64,000 nucleotides of DNA from the NCBI RefSeq assembly GCF_006345805.1, contig NC_043000.1, positions 25,668,001 to 25,732,000 of the forward strand, read 5' to 3'. Made by a program: the position numbers and the translations under genes. The notes beneath the pieces were generated by a model, which was not told where the DNA came from, did not search any database, and worked only from the letters and a program-made list of their open reading frames with translations. Positions 1-11,687 of this stretch are shown here, piece by piece (the first letter of the stretch is position 1; each line of letters opens with the position of its first letter). This DNA comes from Octopus sinensis (Eukaryota).

Positions 1-289
1 GTATGTGTGTGTGTATGTATGTAGACAAGTAACAAACAGAAGTTTGCTAAATTACCTGCTGCCGTATACCTTTTACCAAGGAATATACCCACTAAGGTAA
101 TTACCAGAAGTGCCTTTCGATATATCTATCCCTTAGAGGTTGTAAACACCTAACTTATACCTGTGTATGTATGTATATATATATATATATTGGGAGACTG
201 GTGCAGCCAACCCTCAGTCAAATTGTTCAACCCAGCATGGAAAGACGAAGTTAAATGACGATGATGGTGATATATATATATGTAAATAT

Positions 290-500
290 GTATTTGTGTG
301 TTTGTGTTTGTCTCCCCTACCATTGCTTGACAACTGATGTTGGTGTGTTTACATCCCCTAACTTAGTGGTTTGGCAAAAGTTACCAATGGGATAAGTACT
401 AGGCTTACACAGAATAAATCCTGGGGTTAGTTTGTTCAACTAAAGGTGGTGCTGCAGCATGGCCACAGTAAAATGACTGAAACAAGTAAAAGAATAAAAG
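290..500 (+). mobile_element. SINE family A, 3' half, decayed
   Basis: Matches the 3' half of the copies at 41335-41715 and 59649-60080. Confidence 0.8.
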
Positions 501-529
501 AGTATTCATATAAAACTAGCATTTCATCA

Positions 530-790
530 GTTACAAAGATGAGGGTTCTCGCTGATGCGATCAATGGAATAGCCTGCTCGTGAAATTAACATGCAAGTGG
601 CTGAGCACTCCACAGACACACGTACCCTTAACATAGTTCTCAGGCAGATTCAGCATGGCACACTGTGACAGGGCTGGCCCTTTGAATTACAAGTATAACT
701 CATTTTTGTCAGCTGAGTGGACTGGAGTAATGTGAAGTAAAGTATCTTGCTTAAGGACCCAATGTGCTGCCAGTTTTCAAATTCATTACC
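530..790 (-). mobile_element. SINE family C2 fragment (CORE-like middle plus family C tail)
   Basis: Shares gcctgctcgtgaaattaac...gctgagcactccacagacac with family C, and cagctgagtggactggag with 35190-35280. Confidence 0.75.
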
Positions 791-1075
791 TTATTTCTTT
801 ATTGCCCATAAGGAGCTAAACATAAAGGGGCAAACAAGGACAGACAGTGCGTAACTGGTACTTAATTTATCAACACCGAAAGGATGAAAGGCAAAGTCAA
901 CCTCAGCAGAATTTGAACTCAGAACATAAAGACAGATGAAATACTGCTAAGCATTTCGTCTGGCATGCTAACACTTCTGCCAGCTCACCGCCTTCATTCA
1001 TGACCTTATGGTTGTGAGCCAAGTACCCTAACCCCTTAATCACATGCCTTCACATCTTCATGTACATATTCTTAT

Positions 1076-2148
1076 ACAAGGTGGTATCAAAAAGTTTGTG
1101 GACTTGTTATGTTTAATAAAAAATAACTTATTTACCTAAGTTTTAACATTGTCTCCTCGAAATAGTCACTTTGCGCTGCAATCAGGAGCGTAGCTAGAAT
1201 AAATGGCATCCTGGGCAAGCATCAAAATTGTGACCCTGCCTCCAACAAAATATGGTAACTCGAATAGAAATGGCTTAATTAGAAACATTGCGCCCCCCTC
1301 AAAGTGGCAGCTAGTGCATGTGCCCTGCTTACCCCACTCTAGCTATGCCCCTGGCTGCAATACACTGGTCCCAGCACTCCTGCCACTTTCGGAATCTGGC
1401 CTAGAAGTTGTTTTCCGTAAGCGAGGACCTTCCGCGATTCGCTCTAGATCTCAACAGTGGTGTTAAAACAGCATTTTTATCTTGGGGAAGAGATGAAAGT
1501 CTGCAGGTGCTAATAGGGTAGGTGTGGAAGCAATACCATGTTTTTGGCAAGAAACTCCCAAGTAAGGAGAATTCAATGACAGGGTGCATTGTCATTATGA
1601 AGAATCAAATTCTTTGTGCTCCACAGATCCAGTTCCTTTTGCCAAATGTCCTCCTTTAAATGCTTCAAAATATCGCAGGAGAACTCTCAATTGATGGTCT
1701 GGCCCTGGGGGATGAATTCTTTATGTACGATACCACATTTCTGGGGCTGACACTCGTAGCAGTTCTTCCAAATTGCACATCGGTCTTCCAGTGATGTTCT
1801 TCCACTTTTGAAGAACCCGTGCCACCCGAACGAAACATTGCATACAACCCATTATCTCATGGTTGTCAGCTTGTCAAAGCATGTTCAATGTCTCTGTAGC
1901 AGAATTCCAAAGTTTAACACAAAATTTCACGTTGGTTCTTTGTTTCTGCCCATGACAAAATCGCAGACTACAGCATATACATGATCACAAAAACACAACT
2001 TTGACAACTTGTGAAGTAAACACAATGATGTCACTTCATACACTGCTCCATGAAAGTCACTGCCAGCGCTCACTGCACAAACAACCATATGCTGCCATCA
2101 GTTGGCATGCTATAGAACTAGTCTGGGAATGTTTTGATAGTACCTCAT
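1076..2148 (-). mobile_element. Decayed mariner (Tc1/mariner) transposon
   Basis: Minus-strand remnants QRTNVKFCVKL..SATETLNML, VHKEFIPQGQTIN, LHNDNAPCH and LPHLPY, with stops and frameshifts; imperfect ~30-bp TIRs at both ends. Confidence 0.85.
1183..1353. mobile_element. hAT-like MITE nested in the mariner
   Basis: TIRs CAGGAGCGTAGCTAGA / TCTAGCTATGCCCCTG; perfect 8-bp TSD GCTGCAAT (1175-1182, 1354-1361). Confidence 0.85.
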
Positions 2149-2189
2149 ATGTATATATATGTGTGTGTGTGTGTGTATATACGCATGAT

Positions 2190-2390
2190 AGATCGTTAGC
2201 CACTACACACATTTTTTTCTCTCTTTGTTTTTTTATGTGTCCCTTTCTGTAGAAGAGCGTAGACTCGAAACATGAAAGACTTTTTCTATTCCCGAGCGTT
2301 ATACTAATACATCTGTTTGTTTTGTACACGATCTGTCTTCGTCTTTTGTTTTTTTCGTAAACTCTCCCTCTATATATATATAGGGCGTCA
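2190..2390 (+). mobile_element. Microsatellite-embedded element family P6 (hammerhead-like motif)
   Basis: Second copy in reverse at ~55850-56090; CTGTAGA-A-GAGC/GTAG/ACTC-GAAAC at 2247-2271. Confidence 0.6.
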
Positions 2391-2394
2391 AACA

Positions 2395-2720
2395 TTAATG
2401 GCATAGCAAACATCTCATTCAAGCATTCTTTCCCATAAACTGAGTGTATGTTCTGAGTTGCTTTAGCTGCAAAGTTTCCTTTTTTTGTACTCATAAAGCA
2501 TTATGTGCCTGAAATGCTCTTTGGATACTTCCATGTTAGAAAAGGTTTTAATCAAAAAAATTTTAATTCTATTATTCTGCAAAATAATATTTAATTAGTT
2601 TAAATGTACACAAATGCATAAAAATAATTTTTAATTCCATTAGACATTCTAAAATACTATTAAATTTCATTTAATTTTAAAAAAGATAAAATCGGACAGA
2701 ACTTATGGGATGACCTGATA
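2395..2720 (-). mobile_element. Mariner 5' fragment
   Basis: Minus-strand EVSKEHFRHIMLYEYKKGNFAAKATQNIHSVYGKECLNE, like a mariner HTH N-terminus; TIR-like end near 2700-2720. Confidence 0.75.
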
Positions 2721-2959
2721 ATTCTTTCAACTTAGCTTAAGCGTTTTAGATGCTGTATCAAATATCTGTATGTGTGCTCATCCCTTGAACGTTTTTTGTT
2801 TTTGTTTCTCATCCATTTTTCCATGATAGCAGTGCTACATTTTTATGTTTGGCTAATTATGCTGTTGCCCTGTTTTCAATCATTAAATCACAATGGAAAG
2901 TATTTTCATTTAAGCTAATTTAATCAAACAGAATTACCTCCCTTGTTCAAGAGCAACGA

Positions 2960-3835
2960 TGTATTCCAACTTTACTTCAACAAATATGGTGAATATTTTT
3001 AGATCATAAAGCATGGCATAGACGTCACAGGCTTCCCTTCCTAGCTCAAGCCAGCAGGACTAGACTGAGGGGACAGTAAAAGGTATGACAGCATAACAAT
3101 TTTCCCGTTCGGTGGTGATAGGCCTCTTATCTGGGAGAAGGCGGCGAATTGGCAGAAACGTTAGCACGCCGGGCAAAATGTGTAGCAGTATATCGTCTGC
3201 CGCTACGTACTGAGTTCAAATTCTGCCGAGGTCGACTTTGCCTTTCATCCTTTCGGGGTCGATAAATTAAGTACCAGTTACGCACTGGGGTCGATGTAAT
3301 CGACTTAATCCGTTTGTCTGTCCTTGTTTGTCCCCTCTGTGTTTAGCCCCTTGTGGGTAGTAAAGAAATAGGTATTTTGTGTCTGCCGCTGTGTTCTGAG
3401 TTCAAATTCCGCCAAGGTCAACTTTGCCTTATCCTTTCAGGGTCGATTAAATGAATACCAGTTATGCACTGGGGTTGATGTATTCGACTTAATCCGTTTG
3501 TCTGTCCTTGTTTGTTCTCTCTGTGTTTAGCCCTTTGTGGGTAGTAAAGAAATAGGTAGGCCTCTTATCTGGGATGCCATATGCTATGACACCTCCAGCA
3601 GCAATTTGGTGTGCTCAGCTACCCAGGCATTTACAACTCTTCACGCTGAAGAGGGCAAAAATGTCAAAGAATCGGTCACTCTCTAACAGGGTTGTGGTCA
3701 AGCCTGTGGCAGTGGAGACCTCTGCCATTCTCAGCCCCCAGACCACATCCCTATTCACCATGAGTCAGACTGGCTGTTCCAACACATCTCCCTTGCCATC
3801 AGCACTGGATTAGCCATTAAGCAAAATAAGCACGA
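2960..3835 (+). mobile_element. CRE-like non-LTR retrotransposon, restriction-like endonuclease remnant, interrupted by a SINE
   Basis: GLD*GDSKRYDSITIFPFGGDRPLIWDAICYDT ... PVAVETS ... LFQHISLAI, like the CRE-clade RPDG/WDATC/PVAVET/LFQRLS motifs. Confidence 0.7.
3137..3556 (+). mobile_element. SINE family B, dimeric body
   Basis: tRNA-like head (A-box-like tggcagaaacg, B box gagttcaaattc), two ~184-bp bodies, 18-bp TSD TAGGCCTCTTATCTGGGA (3119-3136, 3557-3574). Confidence 0.9.
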
Positions 3836-3981
3836 GCTTAGGGCATCAAGGGAGGGGATGGAGCACCACATAAATGGTAAATGGTCTACAGCACAAAAGA
3901 AATCACTTTCAACTTTCTAAAATAATATTCGAGGCAAGTGAAATCGAAATCGATAAAAAATCAATGGAAATTGCAGTTGTG

Positions 3982-4204
3982 ATACCAGTGCCGGTGGCAC
4001 ATGAAAGAATGATCCAATCATGGCTGTTGCCAGCGCCGCCTCGACTGCCCTCGTGCCAGTGACATGTAAAAAGCACCAACCAATTGTGGCCGTTGCCAGC
4101 CTCGCCTGGCACCTGTGCTGGTGGCATGTAAAAAGCACCCACTACACTCACGGAGTGGTTGGCTTTAGGAAGGTCATCCAGCTGTAGAAACACTGCCAGA
4201 TCAA
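3982..4204 (+). mobile_element. SINE family D fragment with internal ~50-bp repeats
   Basis: Homologous to 21236-21692 and 22645-23005. Confidence 0.75.
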
Positions 4205-4559
4205 ATTTATTTTATGGTTTATTAATGTTTATATTTTGAATTACATACATATGAGGTCACCAAAACCCTTTAAGTGCTTAGGGCCTCTGTGGGTCTTAAT
4301 CTGGCCCTGCTTGCCATTCTCCAGGTCAATGCCTTTTTTCATTCTGTCCACTAAGACCATGAAGCGGACTGACAAGCCCTTTTAGATAAGCACTTCAGTT
4401 CATGGACCGGGGTATATATTAAGGGTGAAAGCTATTCTCCTTTGAGACGGTTAGAGAAAGACCAAGACATGCTTGAAATTGTTTTCTGTATTTAATAGAA
4501 AATTAAAGAATGCCATGAGTCTTTGTTTAATTTTATTTTCCTTGCATCATCGTTCTTTC

Positions 4560-4835
4560 ATTCATCATCACTTTACATCCATTTTTCTATGCTTGCATGG
4601 GTTAGATGGAATTAGTTGAAGCAGAAGTCACTTTCCGTAAGCAAGTCGAGGACCTTCTGCGATTTGCTCTGGATCTTGACAAAGGCATTAAAACAGCAAC
4701 CTTTCAGCCACCTTTTCATCTTGGAGAAGAGATGGAAATCTGCAGGCGCTGAATCTGACAAATAGGGCAAGTGAAGAAAGCTCAGTGACAGGGTGGATTG
4801 TCATCATGAAAAATCCAGTTCATTGTGCTCCACAG
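4560..4835 (-). mobile_element. Mariner C-terminal fragment
   Basis: Homologous to ~1400-1630 of the first mariner. Confidence 0.7.
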
Positions 4836-4849
4836 ATTCTCTTTACTCT

Positions 4850-5200
4850 CTTTTACTCTTATTTTAGTCATTTGCCTTTAGTCGAGCAAATCGACCCCAG
4901 GTCTTATTCTTTGTAAGCCTAGTACTTATTCTATCGGTCTCTTTTGCCAAGCCGCTAAGTTACGGGGACATAAACACACTAGCATCGGTTGTCAAGCAAT
5001 GTTGGGGGGAGGGGCACAAACATACACACACACACATATTTCCATATACAATGGGCTCCTTTCAGTTTCCGTCTACCAAATCAACTCACAAGGATTTAGT
5101 TGGCCCAAGGCTATTGTAGAAGACCCTTGCCCAAGGTGCCACACAGTGGGACTGAACCCAGAACCATGTGGTTGCTAAGCAAGCTACTTACCACACAGCC
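4850..5200 (-). mobile_element. SINE family A
   Basis: tRNA-like head ggctgtgtggtaagtagc..gggttcagtccc, CORE-like ggcaccttgggcaag, microsatellite linker and conserved 3' part. Confidence 0.9.
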
Positions 5201-5873
5201 AAAAGAACATGAATGGACTGCTCAATTCATGCTACACATCTTTCCACAGTGTGGCCATTTATTCAATAATGCATAATATTACAATATAATATTAGATTAT
5301 TACATAACCACACCATTTCATCAGGCAATCTTGAACATAAAATCAATCTAAGAAGGAAAATATTTTGACATGAGGAACTGGTTTAGAAAAAGACAACATA
5401 CAATCACTTTACCTACGAGGAGGAGATAGTTTGATATATTTGGTATTTCTTCGATATTTTATTATAACAGTTTGCTGCTTTCCACAAATTATAATTTCTG
5501 TTTTTTATATTCCAGGCTCTGCATGTGCAGCCAGCTGTGGCTTTTCACCAGAAACATTCTACTAATGCATGCTGCACACAGTAATCTGCTCTAGATGCAC
5601 AATGTTTATTTCCAGCTACTGCTGAGATGCTGCTCGTGATCCTCTGCATGGTTATACATATTTATTATACATATTTTTGATTTTATTTCCAAACGCAGTA
5701 AATTATCTTGCAAATGCACTTTGTATTGGAAATTTCCTGCTAATATTGGCACAATCTGAAGAATGCTTGACATGCAGGTATATTATGACAAAAGGTAATT
5801 ATTTTCTAATTTGCATTACCTTTTAAGGTGTGTATATATCAATATTTATGTATACATATATGCACACACACAC

Positions 5874-5931
<58 letters not shown>

Positions 5932-5936
<5 letters not shown>

Positions 5937-6184
5937 AGAAAAAAGGTTTGAAAATGCAATTTAAACGATGTTTATTTACTTAACCGGTTTCACTCTTTGG
6001 TAAAAGATTGTCAAAAGTAACATTAAAAGTAACATTGAATAATATGGGTTCAAAAAAGTTTTTTACATAATTGTCACATTGAATATTATGCATTCAAAAA
6101 AGTTTTTTACATAATTGTCACATTGGATATTGTGAATTCAAAAATGTTTTTTTATACATAATTGTCACATTACATGTATAAATA
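5932..6184 (-). mobile_element. Family P1 element (TA-adjacent, hammerhead, three ~44-bp internal repeats)
   Basis: Reverse complement of 7627-7879 with about 3 substitutions. Confidence 0.7.
5976..6020 (-). ncRNA. Type-I hammerhead ribozyme fold, U3-A8 variant (family P1, copy 1)
   Basis: Reverse complement of the 7790-7834 motif: TTACTT-TTGACAA-TCTTTT/ACCA/AAGAGT-GAAA-C-CG-G-TT-AAGTAA. Confidence 0.55.
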
Positions 6185-6959
6185 TATGCATGGTATGTGT
6201 GTATATGTGAGTACATTGTTTGTGTGTGTGTGCGGTATGTAGAGATATATTTGAGTGTGTACGCTATAGGTTTGTAATTTGTGTGTGTGGGTGTGTGTGT
6301 GAATTTTTTATATATATATGTGTGTGTATGTGTGTGGAAAAATAATATATGTATGCGCATGTATGTATGTATGTACATGTATATATATATATATATATGT
6401 GCATATATGTGTGTGTGTGTATATTTATTTGCATGTTTGTGTGTGTATAGGCATGTGCATTATTTGCATGCGCATTGTGTATATGTATATTGTATGTATG
6501 TGTATTGTATATGTATGTGTACAATTAAGTGGATATATGTGTGTGTATGTGTGCATTGTATATATGTATATTGTAGGTGTGCTATATGTGCATGAATACA
6601 TGTATATGCATCGCGTGTATATATATGTATACATTGTGTATGTATGTTATGTGTGTGTATGTGTTTATATATATTATATGTATGCGTACGTGTATGTGTA
6701 TGCATTGTATGTATGTATATTGTGTGTATATGTGGTATATCTATGTATGTGTATGTAAACACTATTTATATGTATACATGTATATATGTATATACATTGT
6801 CTATATATATATATGTTATATGTATGTATTGCGTACGTATATTGCAAGCATATATTGTGTATGTGTATTGTATACATGCTGTATGTGTGTATTGTATGTG
6901 TATATATATGCTAGGTGTATTTGTGTGATATTTATATTATGTATGTATGTGTGCGTGTG

Positions 6960-7002
<43 letters not shown>

Positions 7003-7200
7003 TTATATATGTGTGTATATTATATATAAATACATGTTATATTTGTGTGCTGTGTGTATATATTATATATGTGGGTGCGTTGTGTATGTGTGTGTGTGTA
7101 TTCTGTGTGTGTGTGTTGTGTGTATGTGGTGTGTGTTTGTATACTATGTGTGTGTGTGTGTGTGTGTTGTTATGTGTGTGTGTGTGTGTATATATATGTG
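6185..7200. repeat. Degenerate (TG/TA) low-complexity tract
   Basis: About 1 kb of mixed TG, TA and TATG repeats; source of many spurious ORFs. Confidence 0.95.
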
Positions 7201-7626
7201 TGTGACAAACAGACGTTGTCTGACCAGCAGGCAAGGACACATCTATTCACACCCACATACTAACCTCCTGATAACCCCAAAACCATTGATACTTGAAGGG
7301 GAAGTATACACCACACTGGGTACATATCTTTTTTTCTCTCATTTCAACCTTTCTGCTAAAACAAACAGGTCAGTAAAAATGTATTCTCGCCTTCAACTTA
7401 AAATATTCTGAGATGTATAAAAAATCCATTTTAATTTTTGCTGGCAAAAGACTGTGTGTATATATATACCAAAGATTGTATATATATATACATGTAATGT
7501 GACAATTTGCGACAACCAATAATTAACGCAACCAAATTTCCAATAATATATTTGTTTTATCCTTTTCTGCCAATTTTTCCAAATATTCTCATCACACTAT
7601 TGAACTTCTCTGTTACCAAACACTAT

Positions 7627-7879
7627 ATTTATACATGTAATGTGACAATTATGTATAAAAAAACATTTTTGAATTCATAATATCCAATGTGACAATTATG
7701 TAAAAAACTTTTTTGAATGCATAATATTCAATGTGATAATCATGTAAAAAACTTTTTTGAACCCATATTATTCAATGTTACTTTTAATGTTACTTTTGAC
7801 AATCTTTTACCAAAGAGTGAAACCGGTTAAGTAAATAAACATCGTTTAAATTGCATTTTCAAACCTTTTTTCTTATATA
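7627..7879 (+). mobile_element. Family P1 element, inverted partner
   Basis: Inverted copy of 5932-6184. Confidence 0.7.
7790..7834 (+). ncRNA. Type-I hammerhead ribozyme fold, U3-A8 variant (family P1, copy 2)
   Basis: Stem I TTACTT/AAGTAA, core UUGACAA, stem II with U.U base pair, GAAA, palindromic stem III AACCGGTT, cleavage triplet GUU. Confidence 0.55.
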
Positions 7880-7909
7880 ATCCCACTCGTGCGATACCCC
7901 ACAACTCAA

Positions 7910-7944
<35 letters not shown>

Positions 7945-7945
<1 letters not shown>

Positions 7946-8142
7946 ATAGAAGGAGCTTCTACAGGACTAGAGCTGTTTCATTCAAAAGAAATCATCAGGA
8001 AGCTGATGATTTCTGATGATTTCTTTTGAATGAAACAGTTCTAGTCCTGTAGAAGCTCCTTCTATAAAATAAATTAATTTACTCTGCTATGTATTGAGTA
8101 CCTTATTTACTGTGGTTAACCCCGACTCAACCCGGGACCTAC
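7945..8142. mobile_element. Family P2 fold-back element in (TA)n
   Basis: Hairpin of ~55-bp arms followed by a shared 3' stretch; near-identical copy at 45108-45297. Confidence 0.8.
7954..8004 (-). ncRNA. Type-I hammerhead ribozyme fold (family P2, copy 1)
   Basis: Minus strand AGCTTC-CTGATGA-TTTC/TTTT/GAAT-GAAA-CAG/CTCTAGTC/CTG-TA-GAAGCT; 6-bp stem I, GUA triplet. Confidence 0.75.
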
Positions 8143-8213
8143 ATATATATATATATATGTATGTATATATATGTACATGCATATATGTATATACATATAT
8201 ATATATATATATA

Positions 8214-8366
8214 AATTAGAAAAATCACCTTTTATCAATTCAAAATGAACAATTAAATTACACCATCTAGAAAATTACATATAATAGAAATATTAAAATT
8301 AAAATAACAATAATGTACCGATGATTAAGTAAATTTTGAATTGATAAAAGGTGGTTTTTCTAATTT
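8214..8366. mobile_element. Small inverted-repeat element in (TA)n
   Basis: ~33-bp inverted ends aattagaaaaatcaccttttatcaattcaaaat / attttgaattgataaaaggtggtttttctaatt. Confidence 0.6.
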
Positions 8367-9162
8367 TTATATATATATACATTATATTTGGGGAAATTTG
8401 ATTTAGTATTTCTAAATTGTATTTTTCCCTGTAAGTTAGGAATAATATTCCCTCAAATAATAATAATAATAATTATTATTATATATATATATATATATAT
8501 CATTTAATGTACACAGTATAAAGATACAAGCTACCAATAGTTTCTCGCTTTGGAGATGCAGGTCTAGGGGTCTAGGCATATTTTTATAATGTCTTGTGTC
8601 TCCAAGCAATCTTCAGGCCCTGACCACATTGTCTATTCATGCTGTGTACATTAAATGATGTACACAGTATGAATAAATGGTATTTATCTCTCACTGGATG
8701 GAGTACTATTTTGTTGATCTTACCTAAACAGAACACACACACACACATCTATATATATACACACATACATACAGATAGACAGATATATACTTGCGCACAC
8801 ACACACATATACACACAAAGGATATTAAAGTTTGATGTATACAAGAAAGTCCAGCTTTGACCAAATGGTGTGTATAGAGTTTTTTCTGGAAATTGCTTTT
8901 TGTAAAAACAGGTACAGTGACATGAGTTGTAGTTCTTAATAGTAATACATGTTTTGTCGTACCCCTGAAGTACACAACCAATCAGCAATCTTTATAGTTT
9001 GTCTGTCATAAGCCTGCTTCATGCTAGGACTATCATTGTCCTTATTTTGAATCATTTAATTACCTTGATTAAAAAGAATTCTTTAAAGTAGTATTAGTTA
9101 TTAATTAAAACAGAATATTAATAACAACATCAACAATAATAATAGTAATTATTATTACTATT

Positions 9163-9550
9163 TTACTTGTTTCAGTCATTTGACTATGGTCATGCTGGAG
9201 CACCGCCTTTAGTCGAGCAAATCGACCCTAGGACTTATTCTTTGTAAGCCTAGTACTTATTCTATCAGTCTCTTTTGCCAAACTGCTAATTTACTGCGAC
9301 GTAAACGCACCAGCTTCGGCTGTCAAGCGATGTTGGGGGTACAAACACAGACACACAAACATAGACACACACATATATATACATATATACGACAGGCTTC
9401 TTTCAGTTTCCATCCACCAAATCCACTCACAAGGCTTTGGTCGACCCGAGGCTATAGTGGAAAACACTTGCCCAAAGTGCCACGCAGTGGGACTGAACCC
9501 GGAACCATGTGGTTGGTAAGCAAGCTACTTACCACAGAGCCGCTCCTCCG
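9163..9550 (-). mobile_element. SINE family A
   Basis: Near full-length match to the other family A copies. Confidence 0.9.
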
Positions 9551-9554
9551 CCTA

Positions 9555-9830
9555 TTATTGTTATTTTATTATTATTATTTTGATGAAAACTCACAGTTTA
9601 TTTTGCTGGGTATGATGGAAAGTGTCCGCTGTCCACAGCCAGCAGACTAAGGTGACACTTGTTTACAGGTCATGCTTCAAGAACCCTGCAAAGAATTCTT
9701 GCAGTTCCAAGCAATGCTGATTTTTGTAGGTGTTCCACCTTTGCATTTGTACCAATCTTTTTGAACCATGATGGTAGTTAGGTGCTGATGCTTCCAAGTG
9801 CACCAATTACTATTGGTACTACCCTCCTCA
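9555..9830 (-). mobile_element. R4/NeSL-like non-LTR retrotransposon 3' end
   Basis: Minus-strand PIVIGALGSIST*LPSWFKKIGTNAKVEHLQKSALLGTARILCRVLEA*, then a short 3' UTR and (TAA)n tail. Confidence 0.8.
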
Positions 9831-10338
9831 TTGACCACAATAAACACTCACAATATCTGGTCTGGGAATCAAAACCACGATCCTATGACCATGAGTCCAC
9901 TGTCCTAAATCTGGGCCATTACGCCTTTGTGTATATGCACATATACATATATGTGGTTTTATACATATATATATGGTTAAATTTCTTGATAACATAATAG
10001 GTTAGATTGGATGATGTCTATATTACAATATTACAATAACCAATATGTTGTGCATGTATAGTAATATTACGATCATGAAATTGGCATTAGCTTATCTCAC
10101 TCTTTCTTGCGGAACCCCGGTTGAGAAATGCTGTTCTAGATAGTTCTTCAGTTATTTTAATAGTTAACCTAATTTATTTTCTCAGTAACATATCAAGCTA
10201 TATGTATGGCTATTAGTACATTCTGGTTTGTTGTAATGTAACTATAAACCTTCATATGTTTCGTCCTTATTAAAACTTATCTATAATTGAAGAATATTAT
10301 CAACCAAAGTCTACTACTCCATTTCTTTTTATATTCTA

Positions 10339-10729
10339 CTAGCAGTATCACCCGGCATTGCTCGGGTTTGTTTCGACCCTTTAGAATTGGAATTTTTGGA
10401 AAGTAAAAATTTTGCATTATGTAGCTTGTTATTCTCTTTAAGTGAACATTTTTCTGGTTGAAATACACAGAAAAATTGCGACACAGCAGTCAAAAAATTG
10501 TAAAAAATAGGGATTTTCATAGAAAAAAAGCACCTTTTTGATGTAATAATTTTTGGTGTTAACATGGTCCGATTTGAATTTTTTCCTCTACAGAAGAAAG
10601 AGCAAGCCTTCTTCTATCATACTCTCAACTTTGGTCAACTTGCGCCACAGGGTCTTGGAGGAGATAGTGTTAATTGAAGGCTACAAAACCTGCCACACAC
10701 AGACAACTTCAGCTTTATATATAGAGAGA
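10339..10729 (-). mobile_element. Non-autonomous Helitron
   Basis: Minus strand 5'-TC...CTAG-3', subterminal GC hairpin (cccggcattgctcggg), between host A and T, no TSD. Confidence 0.8.
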
Positions 10730-11289
10730 TTTGTAACCTAAATTTAGAACTGGTTGGTTCTACTTTTAATAGTCAACTAAATTTATTTTCTAGCTAACAT
10801 AAACTTAGATAAACTTAGATATGTTTCGACCAAAGATTGGTCCAGGCCGTGTCTAACTTAATAGCACCACCTGATAGGATTATTCGAATCCTGTTTAAGT
10901 CAAGTTTTGTTCAAGTAGTGAGTTCTTGTTGGGTGAGTTGTATCCAATTATGGGTGGCTTATCTGGTATTCTTTGAAGGAATCTATCCAGACATATATCA
11001 GGATATGCAATGGAAACTAATATATTCTGAACTTGCCATTCCAGAAACAAGTCAGTTCTGCTCAGTAACTATACTGAGCCAGAATGTATGATATTTGAAT
11101 GCTTCTATGATGGAATATGGATGTTGTGGTTATATGAAGAAAAATATACACACATTCACATGCACACACACACACACAAAACATGAAGCAATCAGCAAAT
11201 ATACTAATAAATTAGGGGTGGGGGTTATTTTTTTTGTAATACAATAAAAATTTTCTGGACTTTATTTAATGTGGTTGAAAGATCTTTGC

Positions 11290-11531
11290 CAATGGCTCTC
11301 CACCATTTATTCCCCCCTATGGACCCCTTCAATCTCTATTTCACCCTTCTGGCTCTCTATAGCCATTCACTGTATATAAAAAAAAATCTTACTGTATTTT
11401 TCTAATTAAAAATTATTAGGAATTGTATTTTAAAAAATTAAACTATTTTGAGAATTGTAGAGCTATAACCAATTTATTGTACATAAATTTCAACAGCAAA
11501 ACCTTATCTGTACCCCGGTAGAGAACCACTG
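11290..11531. mobile_element. hAT/Charlie-like MITE, decayed
   Basis: Imperfect TIRs CAATGGCTCTCCACC / GGTAGAGAACCACTG. Confidence 0.55.
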
Positions 11532-11687
11532 GTTTATGCAGTCTACAGCTCGTCCCTTTCTATAGGATGATCTTAGACCTAGTCTTATTGGCCTTATGCT
11601 TATTGTCTACATCTGTTATTATTTAGCACTCAGTTTTAACATATCCATGAGGCTTTAGTTATTCTGTGTATAATCAATTTACAATGA

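Noticed and set aside
5516-5777. Plus-strand exon candidates (5699-5777; also 13607-13667, 28011-28070, 32184-32243)
   Set aside because: Splice-like sites and short open frames, but no recognisable protein and no consistent gene model.
6118-7411. Many overlapping Cys/Val/Tyr/His/Thr-rich ORFs (also at 37.8, 45.5, 48.7, 51, 54 and 62-64 kb)
   Set aside because: Translations of dinucleotide and tetranucleotide microsatellites, which lack stops in some frames.
8535-8641. Minus-strand exon-like frame A*IDNVVRA*RLLGDTRHY...
   Set aside because: Weak acceptor that is part of an inverted repeat, two stops, and no recognisable protein.
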